This document shows, piece after piece, positions 1 to 9,818 of a DNA stretch of 64,000 nucleotides (position 1 is its first letter; each line of letters opens with the position of its first letter). Both the position numbers and the translations under genes were made by a program. The notes under the pieces were generated by a model. The model was not told where the DNA came from. It searched no databases and was given only the letters and a program-made list of their open reading frames with translations. The stretch is from an uncultured Prevotellaceae bacterium (GTDB taxonomy: Bacteria; Bacteroidota; Bacteroidia; Bacteroidales; Bacteroidaceae), in contig OMRP01000016.1 of assembly GCA_900313615.1 (NCBI GenBank), forward strand, positions 7,505-71,504, written 5' to 3'.

Positions 1-1164
1 CTGTTTGAGCGTATATCCTCTCTAATAGACCTTGCCCACAAAAGGGTTAAGACTACCATTGATACGACAATGGTTTATACCTATTATGGTGTTGGGCAAT
101 ATATTGTTGAGGATGAGCAACAAGGTGAACGACGGGCTCAATATGGTCAGGCTGTTTTGAAGAATCTATCAGCCAGGTTGACTAATAAGTACGGAGAAGG
201 TTGGTCTGTTGATACTCTGGAAAATTGCCGGAAGTTCTATCGAGTATATTCAGGGTATGAAATCTCGTCCGCAGTGCAGACGAAATCCGAAACACTGTCT
301 CGGAAATCCGATATTCAACCTCTGGAGATTTCCGAAACGCTGTCTCGGAAATATGGGAACAATCTGTCTTTCACACTCTCCTGGTCTCATTATCTGGTAC
401 TCATGCGTATCAAGAATGAAGAGGAACGTCGTTTCTATGAGATTGAATGTCAGAAACAAGACTGGAGTGTGCGACAATTGAAACGAGAATATGGGGCAAG
501 CCTCTATGAGCGTTTGGCTTTGAGTCGTGACCCCAAGGAGGTCCTGCGCTTATCACAAGAGGGACATACAATAGAAAAGCCTAACGATATTATTAAAGAT
601 CCTATTACGTTAGAGTTTCTTGGACTGCAACGTGATAACAGTTTCAGTGAGTCAAACCTCGAATCTGCCATTATCAGCAAACTGCAAAATTTCTTGCTTG
701 AAATGGGAAAGGGCTTCCTGTTTGAGGCAAGGCAGAAAAAATTTACATTCAACGAGAAACACTTCTATGTGGATTTGGTGCTGTATAATCGTCTGCTTCA
801 ATGCTATGTCCTCGTAGATTTAAAGGCAGATGAACTATCACATCAAGACCTCGGTCAGATGCAGATGTATGTCAACTACTACGACCGACATGTTAAAGAG
901 GCTTTTGAAAAGCCCACAATAGGCATCCTCCTATGTAAAGACAAAGACGATGCTCTTGTGGAATTGACTTTGCCAGAAGATGCCAATGTTTACGCTACGT
1001 CATACGAATTATGTATCCCAGATAAAGCCATCCTTCAGTCGAAGGTAAAGCAATGGATTCTGGAATTCGAGGAGCAGCGAGAGCAGAGCCAAGTTGACTC
1101 GGATTCTGCCGAGTCGCGACAAGTTTCGCATGAAATGCAATTTGAGGAAAGCAAGGAGGATTAA
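1..1164 (+). CDS. DUF1016/YhcG PDDEXK nuclease-domain protein (5' end outside window)
   Basis: LSWSHY, WSVRQL, DP..LEFLGL, GQMQMYVNYYD motifs; frame is open from position 1. Confidence 0.9.
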   Translation: MFERISSLIDLAHKRVKTTIDTTMVYTYYGVGQYIVEDEQQGERRAQYGQAVLKNLSARLTNKYGEGWSVDTLENCRKFYRVYSGYEISSAVQTKSETLSRKSDIQPLEISETLSRKYGNNLSFTLSWSHYLVLMRIKNEEERRFYEIECQKQDWSVRQLKREYGASLYERLALSRDPKEVLRLSQEGHTIEKPNDIIKDPITLEFLGLQRDNSFSESNLESAIISKLQNFLLEMGKGFLFEARQKKFTFNEKHFYVDLVLYNRLLQCYVLVDLKADELSHQDLGQMQMYVNYYDRHVKEAFEKPTIGILLCKDKDDALVELTLPEDANVYATSYELCIPDKAILQSKVKQWILEFEEQREQSQVDSDSAESRQVSHEMQFEESKED

Positions 1165-1166
1165 GA

Positions 1167-2525
1167 ATGGACACAAAGAAACTACGCCAAAAGATACTCG
1201 ACCTTGCAATTCGTGGTAAGCTCGTGCCGCAAGATCCAAACGATGAACCAGCATCTGTATTGCTGGAACGCATCCGTGTGGAGAAAGAGAGGCTCATCAA
1301 AGAGGGAAAGATAAAGCGAAGCAAAAAGTCTTCTTCTGATACGCCCCATTATGAGAATGTGCCGTTTGAAGTGCCTGAGAGTTGGGAGTGGACAACAATC
1401 AATGATATATGCTCAAAAATAGGTTCAGGAAGCACTCCTAGAGGTAGTAATTATGCCGAAGAAGGAATTCCATTTTTCCGCTCTCAAAATGTATATAACG
1501 ATGGACTTGTATATGATGATATTAAATACATATCTGAGGAAATTCACGAAAACATGATTGGCACAGAAGTTCGAGCCCAAGATCTACTTCTCAATATAAC
1601 AGGAGGATCTCTTGGTCGATGTGCTATCGTACCTGATGAATTCCGTAAAGGGAATGTCAGTCAGCATGTATGTATTCTGAGAACCATTGTTGTTTTGCCT
1701 GCGTATTTACATCTGTTTATCATTTCTGATTATTTCGCATCTACGATGATTTTATCGGGGAGCGGACGAGAAGGATTACCTAAATATAGTTTGGAAATAA
1801 TGCAGATTCCACTGCCGCCATACGAAGAACAGAAGCGTATTGTGGCAGCCGTTGAGAAATGGTTCACTTTGATTGATACATTGGAAACTGCAAAAGCCGA
1901 TTTACAATCTTCCATAACACAGGCTAAGTCTATGATTCTTGACATCGCCATTCATGGTAAGCTTGTTCCACAAGACCCGAATGATGAGCCAGCCATAGAA
2001 CTGCTGAAGCGCATCAATCCCAAGTTTTCTCCTTGTGATAACGCGCATTATGAGAATATACCTGAAGGATGGACTGTTTGCGTCCTTGAAGAAATCATTG
2101 ATTATGAGCAACCACAAGCATACATAGTACAATCGACAGATTATAAATCACAGAACAAAACCCCAGTATTAACAGCCGGAAAATCTTTTATTATTGGCTA
2201 TACAAATGAAACTGAGGGAGTCTTCACGGATTTACCAGTTATAATATTTGATGATTTTACCACAGATTCTAAATTTGTTGATTTCCCCTTCAAGGTCAAA
2301 TCATCGGCTATGAAGATACTTCATGTTAAGGATGGAATCAACATTCAATATGTCTACCAGTTTATGAGCACAACAAGGCTCATTGGTGACACTCATAAAC
2401 GATACTGGATTTCAGAATACTCCAAGCTCCATATACCTATTCCACCAAGAAAGGAACAGGATAGAATTATAAATAAAGTAAACGAATTATTCCAGAGTCT
2501 TGACAACATCAGTTCCGAACTATAA
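1167..2525 (+). CDS. hsdS: Type I R-M specificity subunit HsdS (expressed locus, two TRDs)
   Basis: LRQKILDLAIRGKLVPQDPNDEPA, PFEVPESWEW, IPLPPYEEQKRIV motifs. Confidence 0.93.
   Translation: MDTKKLRQKILDLAIRGKLVPQDPNDEPASVLLERIRVEKERLIKEGKIKRSKKSSSDTPHYENVPFEVPESWEWTTINDICSKIGSGSTPRGSNYAEEGIPFFRSQNVYNDGLVYDDIKYISEEIHENMIGTEVRAQDLLLNITGGSLGRCAIVPDEFRKGNVSQHVCILRTIVVLPAYLHLFIISDYFASTMILSGSGREGLPKYSLEIMQIPLPPYEEQKRIVAAVEKWFTLIDTLETAKADLQSSITQAKSMILDIAIHGKLVPQDPNDEPAIELLKRINPKFSPCDNAHYENIPEGWTVCVLEEIIDYEQPQAYIVQSTDYKSQNKTPVLTAGKSFIIGYTNETEGVFTDLPVIIFDDFTTDSKFVDFPFKVKSSAMKILHVKDGINIQYVYQFMSTTRLIGDTHKRYWISEYSKLHIPIPPRKEQDRIINKVNELFQSLDNISSEL
1333..1378 (+). repeat. Shufflon inverted repeat, site 1 (partner 7436-7481)
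   Basis: 46-bp inverted pair with 1 mismatch: cttctgatacgccccattatgagaatgtgccgtttgaagtgcctga. Confidence 0.85.
2039..2057 (+). repeat. Shufflon inverted repeat, site 2 (partners 2988-3006 and ~6771-6789)
   Basis: taacgcgcattatgagaat is inverted at 2988-3006; its core taacgcgcat is inverted near 6771-6781. Confidence 0.85.
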
Positions 2526-2987
2526 GTTGGCACTGATGTTGTCTAATATGTGGTAGTATTGATTTATTGCGGCGACTATTCTTTCTTGTTCTTCTTTTGT
2601 TGGAATTGGAATAATCAATTCTCTGAACATCTTTTTATTCAGGTGTGGAATGGCCGAACCGACTTTGTTCTCTCGTAAAGCCTTTTGATAGAGTTTAACG
2701 AAATAGAGAACATATTGAGCATTTATCTCACCGTTAATTTCAAGCACTTTCATTGTACTTCCTTGATAGCCTTCTACTGGTGTGTGGAAAACTTCTCCAG
2801 AGTTTTCACCATCTACGAGGATTAATGTAGTACCTACAGGTACGTACTTTCCCGACTGTTTAGAAGCATAGTTGCCAGTCCTTAGCCCCTTGACATCTAT
2901 GTAGGGATAATCCTTATTGGTAATGGGCTGACCTTCATTCAAACAGCAAATATTGCCAAGCGGAACGACACACCAAGAATCGGGCAC
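2520..2987 (-). CDS. hsdS: Silent hsdS half-gene (single TRD cassette)
   Basis: PDSWCVVPLG...IPIPTKEEQERIV; begins at an inverted repeat with no own N-terminus. Confidence 0.85.
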   Translation of the reverse strand: MPDSWCVVPLGNICCLNEGQPITNKDYPYIDVKGLRTGNYASKQSGKYVPVGTTLILVDGENSGEVFHTPVEGYQGSTMKVLEINGEINAQYVLYFVKLYQKALRENKVGSAIPHLNKKMFRELIIPIPTKEEQERIVAAINQYYHILDNISANL

Positions 2988-3050
2988 ATTCTCATAATGC
3001 GCGTTAGGTTGCGCTTATATTGTTACTGTTTTATTCAAAACAGAAATAAC

Positions 3051-3854
3051 ATGGTAACAAATTTTGAGAATCAACTTAGCAAGTCAGACTTGGCTAAGAA
3101 CACCATCACTTCGTATGTGTGGACGGTGAAGTACTTCAATGCGAAGTACAAAGAGATTAATAGGAAGAACCTATTGGCTTACAAAGGTTATTTAATGGAA
3201 AAATACAAACCACAAACGGTGAATTTAAGGTTACAGGGTATCAACAAGTATCTGGAGTTTATCAAAAAGGATAAACTAAAGATGAAGTTCGTTAAGGTTC
3301 AGCAGAAGAATTTCCTGGAAAATGTCATCAGTAATGAGGACTACAAGTTTCTGAAGACACGCCTAAAGGCTGACGGCTACGACGAATGGTGTTTCGTGGT
3401 GTGGTTTATGGCGGCCACGGGTGCCCGTGTGAGTGAGTTGCTGCAGATTAAGGCTGAACATGTGGTTGTGGGACATCTTGATATCTATAGCAAGGGTGGT
3501 AAGCTTCGTCGTCTCTATATCCCTAAGAACCTACAGAGAGAAGCTAAGCAATGGCTGGCTGATAAAGGCGTTTCGAGTGGCTATATCTTCCTCAACCGCT
3601 ATGGAAAGCGCATAACCACACGAGGTATCGCTATTCAGTTAAAGCATTTTGCAGACAAGTATGGCTTGAATTGTGAAGTAGTCTATCCACACTCTTTCCG
3701 TCATCGCTTCGCCAAAAACTTCCTCGACAAGTTCAATGACATCGCCCTGCTTGCCGACCTCATGGGGCACGAAAGCATTGAAACCACACGTATCTATCTC
3801 CGCCGCACCGCTACCGAGCAGCGTGCCATCGTAGATAAGGTGGTGAACTGGTAA
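3051..3854 (+). CDS. Tyrosine recombinase/invertase of the hsdS shufflon
   Basis: TGARVSE, HSFRH, LMGH, TTRIY catalytic R-H-R-H-Y set. Confidence 0.92.
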   Translation: MVTNFENQLSKSDLAKNTITSYVWTVKYFNAKYKEINRKNLLAYKGYLMEKYKPQTVNLRLQGINKYLEFIKKDKLKMKFVKVQQKNFLENVISNEDYKFLKTRLKADGYDEWCFVVWFMAATGARVSELLQIKAEHVVVGHLDIYSKGGKLRRLYIPKNLQREAKQWLADKGVSSGYIFLNRYGKRITTRGIAIQLKHFADKYGLNCEVVYPHSFRHRFAKNFLDKFNDIALLADLMGHESIETTRIYLRRTATEQRAIVDKVVNW

Positions 3855-3931
3855 ACACAAAAAGACCTATGCATTGGGCGATTCACATTAGTGAAAAGCC
3901 GAAAGCATAGGTCTATTGAGCATTGTACGTA

Positions 3932-4276
3932 TTACATGGGCTCTGCATCCTCTATAACACTTATCAAGTCAAAGAGTCTGTTACCTTCAATCAAGAAGTT
4001 TTCCAGAACATCATTTCCGTCTTTGAATCGTGTTATTTCTTTGGAGAATGTCTCATCGCACAAAGCCGCATGGTCCTCGCAAGAGAGAAAATGATATGCT
4101 TTGCCTTTATAGGAGAAACGCAAATCATATCTCTGAACTGCAAAGTCATAGAGGAACGTTTCCTCCGTGCTATTGCGATAACCATGATAAAGCCCTCCGT
4201 TTTTGTCGTAGTTAGGTGGGTATTTACTATTAAACGGATAGCCCATAAGGTCGTCCTTTACATATTCGTATGCCAT
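3932..4276 (-). CDS. Hypothetical protein, possible immunity protein
   Basis: Small acidic ORF directly downstream of a toxin-like ORF. Confidence 0.5.
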   Translation of the reverse strand: MAYEYVKDDLMGYPFNSKYPPNYDKNGGLYHGYRNSTEETFLYDFAVQRYDLRFSYKGKAYHFLSCEDHAALCDETFSKEITRFKDGNDVLENFLIEGNRLFDLISVIEDAEPM

Positions 4277-4277
4277 A

Positions 4278-4652
4278 TTATAAACTTTCTAAGGTTTCAC
4301 TTAACAACTTCTCCCACTTGGGATTGTCTGAAATTGGATGATTTGATATTGGTTTTCCTCCTTTCCAGTCGTGATAATGTATGCCCAATCCATCATGATC
4401 TGTTGTGTGTATCTCCACCACTTTCAGACAATTCTCATCATAAACAGCTATGGACTTGATGCCTTCTCCATTCTTATTCATCATCGCATAGATCGAATTA
4501 GGTGAATGGCTTTCTTCTGGCATCTTCCCTGGGGTCTTGGGGTCTTTAAATTCAATAATCTTAACCCCATTGCTCAGAGTTTCCACCGTTTTCCAACGAC
4601 GTCCTTCCTCAGTCTCAGTCGTTCCTTTGGCTTTACTTCCGTTTGCACCCAT
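4278..4652 (-). CDS. Hypothetical protein, possible polymorphic-toxin RNase domain (Ntox24-like)
   Basis: MGANG start typical of genes after DUF4417; YD...EIH..DH....HYH motif. Confidence 0.45.
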   Translation of the reverse strand: MGANGSKAKGTTETEEGRRWKTVETLSNGVKIIEFKDPKTPGKMPEESHSPNSIYAMMNKNGEGIKSIAVYDENCLKVVEIHTTDHDGLGIHYHDWKGGKPISNHPISDNPKWEKLLSETLESL

Positions 4653-5373
4653 TTCTCAACATATTTAAGCGTTTGTTAATGTGATAGGTACTAATCATGG
4701 TGTTTTCGCCATCGACAACCTGCCCATACCGAATAATCTGTTGGGGGGATAATCGTATCAACGCCATATTATACCCTTGTCTCCATCGATAAAGTGCCAA
4801 TCCGTTCTTGTGAACTCCGTTGCTGTTTATCGCAATAACGGAATTCTGGAAGTTCTCGGGATAACTATACCAATAACTGTCACTTTTAGACCAAGTAATA
4901 TTGGGATAGAGATTACCACCTTCTTTTTGAATGAGCATGCTCATGTATGCATTGCAATAGGCATGGCGGTATCTCATTTCAGCAGGCATGTCTGTGTATT
5001 GTGACATGTCTGGACCAATAACTCCTTCACATTGGCATAGAAATGGGATGTACTTCTCGGGATTTCGAAAGACTCGCAGAAATAGTTCATCGTCTATATA
5101 GAAATGAACAATGCATTCTGTCGCTTTGTAGCTCCACGCTTCGTTGAATGGAAGTAGTGAGGTTGTTGTTGTCTTAAAATTAGGTTCCAGCACTGGCCAT
5201 TTCATCTCACCCGCTGTAGGTAAGTAGCCGTAAATATCAGTCAAAAAAATATTCATAGCATTTTCAATGTTCTTCATGCGTTTGGCATGTTTTCCACTGA
5301 AAGATGATATATAATCTTCGACTTGCTTGTTGTATTCTTTTATTGATGAAAATAATATGTATTTTGAAGACAT
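4633..5373 (-). CDS. DUF4417 domain protein
   Basis: VHFYIDD, PDMSQYTDMP, PNITWS motifs. Confidence 0.8.
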   Translation of the reverse strand: MSSKYILFSSIKEYNKQVEDYISSFSGKHAKRMKNIENAMNIFLTDIYGYLPTAGEMKWPVLEPNFKTTTTSLLPFNEAWSYKATECIVHFYIDDELFLRVFRNPEKYIPFLCQCEGVIGPDMSQYTDMPAEMRYRHAYCNAYMSMLIQKEGGNLYPNITWSKSDSYWYSYPENFQNSVIAINSNGVHKNGLALYRWRQGYNMALIRLSPQQIIRYGQVVDGENTMISTYHINKRLNMLRNGCKRK

Positions 5374-5412
5374 ATCTAAAATTAATTTAGTTATGTCCCC
5401 ATGGAAATCGCT

Positions 5413-6153
5413 TTACGCAACTTCTTTGGGGGCACGAAAATAATGTTTCATATCTCTCGTGTCGTAAAGAAGTGCGTCATTGTCATCGGAGAAAATATGA
5501 TACCTTGCAGACACCGTTACACGTCGGACTTCATCACGCTGATCTTTGTCTGGAGAGGAGTATACAACTGATTGGATGTACAACCATCTGCTACAAATGA
5601 CTCGCTCAATGATTGCGTCCCTCTGCCTTTCTTGCAAGAATGTATCAAGGTCAAACTGTTTGTGGTTTGGGAGTTCCAATGGAATCTCCTCAAATGAAAT
5701 GCCTCCGAGTATTTCATCAAATACACTAGAGGCAGGTGTGAGTTTTTTTACTTTCTGGATAAACTGCTCTCGGATAGCATTCGTATCGATGTCATCCCAA
5801 GATAATGCAGCGTGGTCATTGGATAGGTGCTTTTTGAATGTTTTACAAAAATCGACAAACGTCGAGAGTTCTGCACCACTGAGCTCTGCAATGTGACGTT
5901 TGGAGTTGTTGAAGTATGACTTCAATCGGCGGACGTGAGCGTCAGCCAATAGAGATAGCAGATTTTCATCTATACATCTGCTCTCAACGTTTTCAATCTC
6001 TATCCCCTGCTCACGGGCAATAGCACGTATGGCTTCGATACGCAAGCCACTGGCTTTTATTACGACATCAGCTGATGTCGCAAAACGAGAAACGCTTTCG
6101 AAGATAGCCTCCAAGTGTTCCTTCAACGTACTATCTGATAGAGAAAAACTCAT
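5413..6153 (-). CDS. Hypothetical protein
   Basis: 246-aa ORF preceded by a TATCTTTG -7 promoter element. Confidence 0.6.
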   Translation of the reverse strand: MSFSLSDSTLKEHLEAIFESVSRFATSADVVIKASGLRIEAIRAIAREQGIEIENVESRCIDENLLSLLADAHVRRLKSYFNNSKRHIAELSGAELSTFVDFCKTFKKHLSNDHAALSWDDIDTNAIREQFIQKVKKLTPASSVFDEILGGISFEEIPLELPNHKQFDLDTFLQERQRDAIIERVICSRWLYIQSVVYSSPDKDQRDEVRRVTVSARYHIFSDDNDALLYDTRDMKHYFRAPKEVA

Positions 6154-6234
6154 TCTTTCTTATTTATATGTGCAAAGATACGGCATTTTTCTGAGATTTG
6201 GTTATTTCTACAACAGATAAGTGCAGAGTTTCCT

Positions 6235-7455
6235 TCATTTTATTGATTTTTGTATTTCATCAAGAACAGCAAAGAGTTCTTCAATCTTGGTTACGATACG
6301 GAGTTGCTCTTTGTATGGTGGTAACGGGACTACAAGTTTATCTAACAATCCAGAAGATAGACCTTGAAGTCCTATTCCTTTTCCATGTATCTTATCTGTC
6401 CATTTGTAGAGCATAAGAACATATAAATAAAGAATCTGGCAAACATCCCCTTTAGCTCTTAACCTATGAATATGATTTTGAATACAAATGTCATAATCGT
6501 AATTCCAAATAGAAGCTCGCCCAATGTCACCTCCTTCACATACTAACAAGTCTCCTTTGATAACGGTACACTTCTCCAACTCAGAATCCTTAAAATACAT
6601 CTCTTTTACTTCGGTAAAATCAAAGCAATTCCAATACACATTGGAAGTTGTAAGATAGGGTTTCAACAGACCTTCCTGAGAATCAGACTTGTTCAATGCC
6701 TTACCAGTATTATGCTGAAATAGGCTTCCTAATGTCGTCCAACACCAGCTATTGGGCAACTGGTTGGTATCATGCGCGTTATCAGAAGGAGTAAATTTGG
6801 GATTGATACGCTTCAAAAGCTCAATAGCAGGCTCTTCATTCGGGTCTTGCGGAACGAGCTTACCGTGAATGGCGAGGTTGAGAATCTTGGACTTGGCCAG
6901 AGTAATGGACATCTGCAAATCCACTTTTGCTGTTTCCAAAGTGTCAATCAAATTGAACCATTGTTCAATAGCATCTACAATTCTCTTTTGCTCATGTAAT
7001 GGTGGTATTGGGATAAAGCTATCTACAATTTTTTCTTTTGATATATTGGGTTGCGCTCCACCGCCACCAAGCATAATAAAATCGTCCTTATGTGAGAGTA
7101 AATAGTAGAAAAGATACTTTTGTTCTATTCCTTGATAGTCCACACATGCACAGCAAGCTTGATTAGTAGTGGCGGGGAAAGTTAGTATTCCAACTTTTCC
7201 TATAGTTGCGCCATACATGGCTATTAGGACACTTCCTGCAGGATTCAATTTGACGGAAGTCTCCTCTAATGCTTTTTGAGTGATTGTCTCTGGGATTTCA
7301 GAAATATAGCCATCATTTAAATCTCCTGTTTTTAACCATGGAATATCTCCTCCGTAGTAATCTTTGTTAAGACGACTTGGCGTTGCTCCAGATTGCCATT
7401 CTCCTATATCACCAAGTTTCTGCCATTTCCATCCTTCAGGCACTTCAAACGGCAC
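6235..7455 (-). CDS. hsdS: Silent hsdS copy (two TRDs, no N-terminus)
   Basis: PFEVPEGWKW...KLVPQDPNEEPA; starts at the inverted repeat. Confidence 0.88.
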   Translation of the reverse strand: MPFEVPEGWKWQKLGDIGEWQSGATPSRLNKDYYGGDIPWLKTGDLNDGYISEIPETITQKALEETSVKLNPAGSVLIAMYGATIGKVGILTFPATTNQACCACVDYQGIEQKYLFYYLLSHKDDFIMLGGGGAQPNISKEKIVDSFIPIPPLHEQKRIVDAIEQWFNLIDTLETAKVDLQMSITLAKSKILNLAIHGKLVPQDPNEEPAIELLKRINPKFTPSDNAHDTNQLPNSWCWTTLGSLFQHNTGKALNKSDSQEGLLKPYLTTSNVYWNCFDFTEVKEMYFKDSELEKCTVIKGDLLVCEGGDIGRASIWNYDYDICIQNHIHRLRAKGDVCQILYLYVLMLYKWTDKIHGKGIGLQGLSSGLLDKLVVPLPPYKEQLRIVTKIEELFAVLDEIQKSIK

Positions 7456-7513
7456 ATTCTCATATTGGGGCGTATCAGAAGTTTACTTTCTGTTTCTTTC
7501 TTGAGAGCTTGAT

Positions 7514-7579
7514 TTTGCCTTTCGCTTTTTTTTCATTACTTTTGCACCAACAATCTTTTGTTTTTGAAATTTCTAACAA
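7514..7579 (+). repeat. ~65-bp direct repeat containing a promoter (second copy 9748-9811)
   Basis: tttgcctttcg..ttttcattacttttgcaccaacaatcttttgtttttgaaat..c.aacaa present twice. Confidence 0.85.
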
Positions 7580-7643
7580 TAAACGAATAAATACCTTGAC
7601 GTTAATGCAGCATTTTTTATCTTACATAGTAGAATTGTATAAT

Positions 7644-9716
7644 ATGAAACGACTATTATATCTAGACTATCTGAAAGTGCTCCTGACGGTGATGGCGCTA
7701 TTCTATCATGCTGGTCAGGCATACGCCGGTGGTAGTTGGGCATATGCTACCAGCAATTCAACCGAGGACATTCACCTGTCGGTCAGCGACATCGTCTTCG
7801 ACTGGGGCGGCTGGGGCGGCCAGGCCAACGCCAGCGAGAACAGCATCACTTTCCCCAACTGGGCCAATAACTATTGGGCCATCGACAACCTCAGCACCGA
7901 CGAGTATACCCGTTTGGACATGGTGTTTGCCCAGCCCGTGAACTACTACCGCATAGTGGTGAAGGCGGTCTATAGCGATGAGAGCGAGACAGAGAGCGTG
8001 GTGCGCTACGGTGCTACGAACCATAGCCTGAAGTTTGAAAAAGGAAAGACGCTTGTCAAGATAGTGATGTTTCAAGGCGACTGGGAGGGACTCAACAACG
8101 ATGAAAACGGCGAGGGCGTGACGGCGAAGATTTATTTCGAGAGCATCACCATCCTCACCAAGGAGTCTGCCGACGCATCCATTATCAAGACAGTGGTGAC
8201 CTCGCCCAAACTTGGCACGGGCATGGCCAACCCGTTGTTGGACTTCCAGTTCTGTGCAGATCCCACGGCTGTGGAGTACAATGGCCGCCTCTATGTCTAC
8301 GGCACCAACGACCACCAACAGTATGACGAGGGAGCGGAAAGCAACACCTACGAGCGCATCAAGTCGCTGGTGATGATGTCGACCGACGACATGGTGAACT
8401 GGACCTACCACGGACAGATTCCGGTGGGCACGGTGGCTCCGTGGATCATGGCCTCGTGGGCACCCAGCATCATCAGTCAGCAGCAAGCCGACGGCAGCAC
8501 CCTCTTCTCTCTCTACTTCTCCAACAGCGGATGGGGCACAGGTGTCATTCAGGCCAAGTCGCCCGTTGGCCCATGGACATCGCCTCTCAACACCAGCCTC
8601 ATCGATGGCAACAACGAGACGGTGAAAGGCAGCGGTGCCATATTCGACCCGGGAGCCGTCATAGACGACAATGGCGACGCATGGCTCTCCTTCGGCAACT
8701 CGCAGGGCTGGATAGCTAAACTCAACCCCGACCTGCACTCCTTCGCCGAAGGACCAGTGAAACTGTTGTCTCCTTATCATTTCGAGGCGAATGAACTGAA
8801 TTATATCAACGGCACATACGTCTATACCTACAACAACGATTGGAGCGAACACTCTCCTTGGACATGGGGTGGCGAAAAGCCGACACAGTGCAGCATGAAC
8901 TATTTCACGAGCAAGACACCACTCGATACCGACTCGTGGGTCTATGGGGGCAACTACTTCAAGAACCCCGGCGATAACGGCATGGGCTACACCAACAACC
9001 ATAGCCACCTGCACAAGTACCAGGGACACTGGTATCTGTTCTACCAGACCAACCTGCTTGAGCCTTCATTAGGCTCCAATGGCGGTTTCCGCAGCATCTA
9101 CGTAGATGAGATGGAAGTGGACGAAGAGAACGTTGTCCTCCACGAGTGCATCCCCACGAAAAAAGGTGTTGGCTCCATCAAGGATCTCGACCCATATACC
9201 GTACAGTACGCCGCCACTAGTGCTGCCACGCTCGGTATTCTCTACCAACCGACGGATGACGTGGGCCACATGGTAGCCACAGTGGGTACCACTTGCATTA
9301 CCGCCGATACACCCACCGAGGGCGTCATAGAGGTGCGCAATGCCGATTTTCAGACAGATGCCAGCACGATGAAGTGTTTGGTGAAGGGCAGTGGCACCAT
9401 CACCCTGCGCCTCGACGACAAGAATGGGGACGACATCGCCACCATCAGTAGTACGGGCGACAGTTGGAATACGCTCACCGCTCAGCTCTCTCCTCTCATC
9501 TCAGGCACTCACACCATATACTTGATTCTCAAGGGCAACGTGCAGTTCGATAAATGGCAGTTTGTCAGTGGCTCGACAGATGCTATTGGAATCAAATTAG
9601 ATGACGGTGCACAACATAAGGGTGCCTATGACTTGCTGGGCCGTATGCTCATCTCTATTCCTCAAGGTACACCCGGTCTTTACATAGTGGATGGTAAGAA
9701 ATACCTTTCCAAGTAA
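7644..9716 (+). CDS. GH43 glycoside hydrolase with CBM6-like and T9SS-like C-terminus; N-terminus resembles an acyltransferase_3 remnant
   Basis: ADPTAVEYNGRLYVYGTND, WAPS, FDPG, NNH motifs; YDLLGR...GLYIVDGKK tail. Confidence 0.82.
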   Translation: MKRLLYLDYLKVLLTVMALFYHAGQAYAGGSWAYATSNSTEDIHLSVSDIVFDWGGWGGQANASENSITFPNWANNYWAIDNLSTDEYTRLDMVFAQPVNYYRIVVKAVYSDESETESVVRYGATNHSLKFEKGKTLVKIVMFQGDWEGLNNDENGEGVTAKIYFESITILTKESADASIIKTVVTSPKLGTGMANPLLDFQFCADPTAVEYNGRLYVYGTNDHQQYDEGAESNTYERIKSLVMMSTDDMVNWTYHGQIPVGTVAPWIMASWAPSIISQQQADGSTLFSLYFSNSGWGTGVIQAKSPVGPWTSPLNTSLIDGNNETVKGSGAIFDPGAVIDDNGDAWLSFGNSQGWIAKLNPDLHSFAEGPVKLLSPYHFEANELNYINGTYVYTYNNDWSEHSPWTWGGEKPTQCSMNYFTSKTPLDTDSWVYGGNYFKNPGDNGMGYTNNHSHLHKYQGHWYLFYQTNLLEPSLGSNGGFRSIYVDEMEVDEENVVLHECIPTKKGVGSIKDLDPYTVQYAATSAATLGILYQPTDDVGHMVATVGTTCITADTPTEGVIEVRNADFQTDASTMKCLVKGSGTITLRLDDKNGDDIATISSTGDSWNTLTAQLSPLISGTHTIYLILKGNVQFDKWQFVSGSTDAIGIKLDDGAQHKGAYDLLGRMLISIPQGTPGLYIVDGKKYLSK

Positions 9717-9818
9717 AAAAAGAAGTGGCTTAACTTATTGAGGCGCCTTTGCCTTTCGTTTTTTTCATTACTTTTGCACCAACAATCTTTTGTTTTTGAA
9801 ATATCCAACAAGAAAAGT

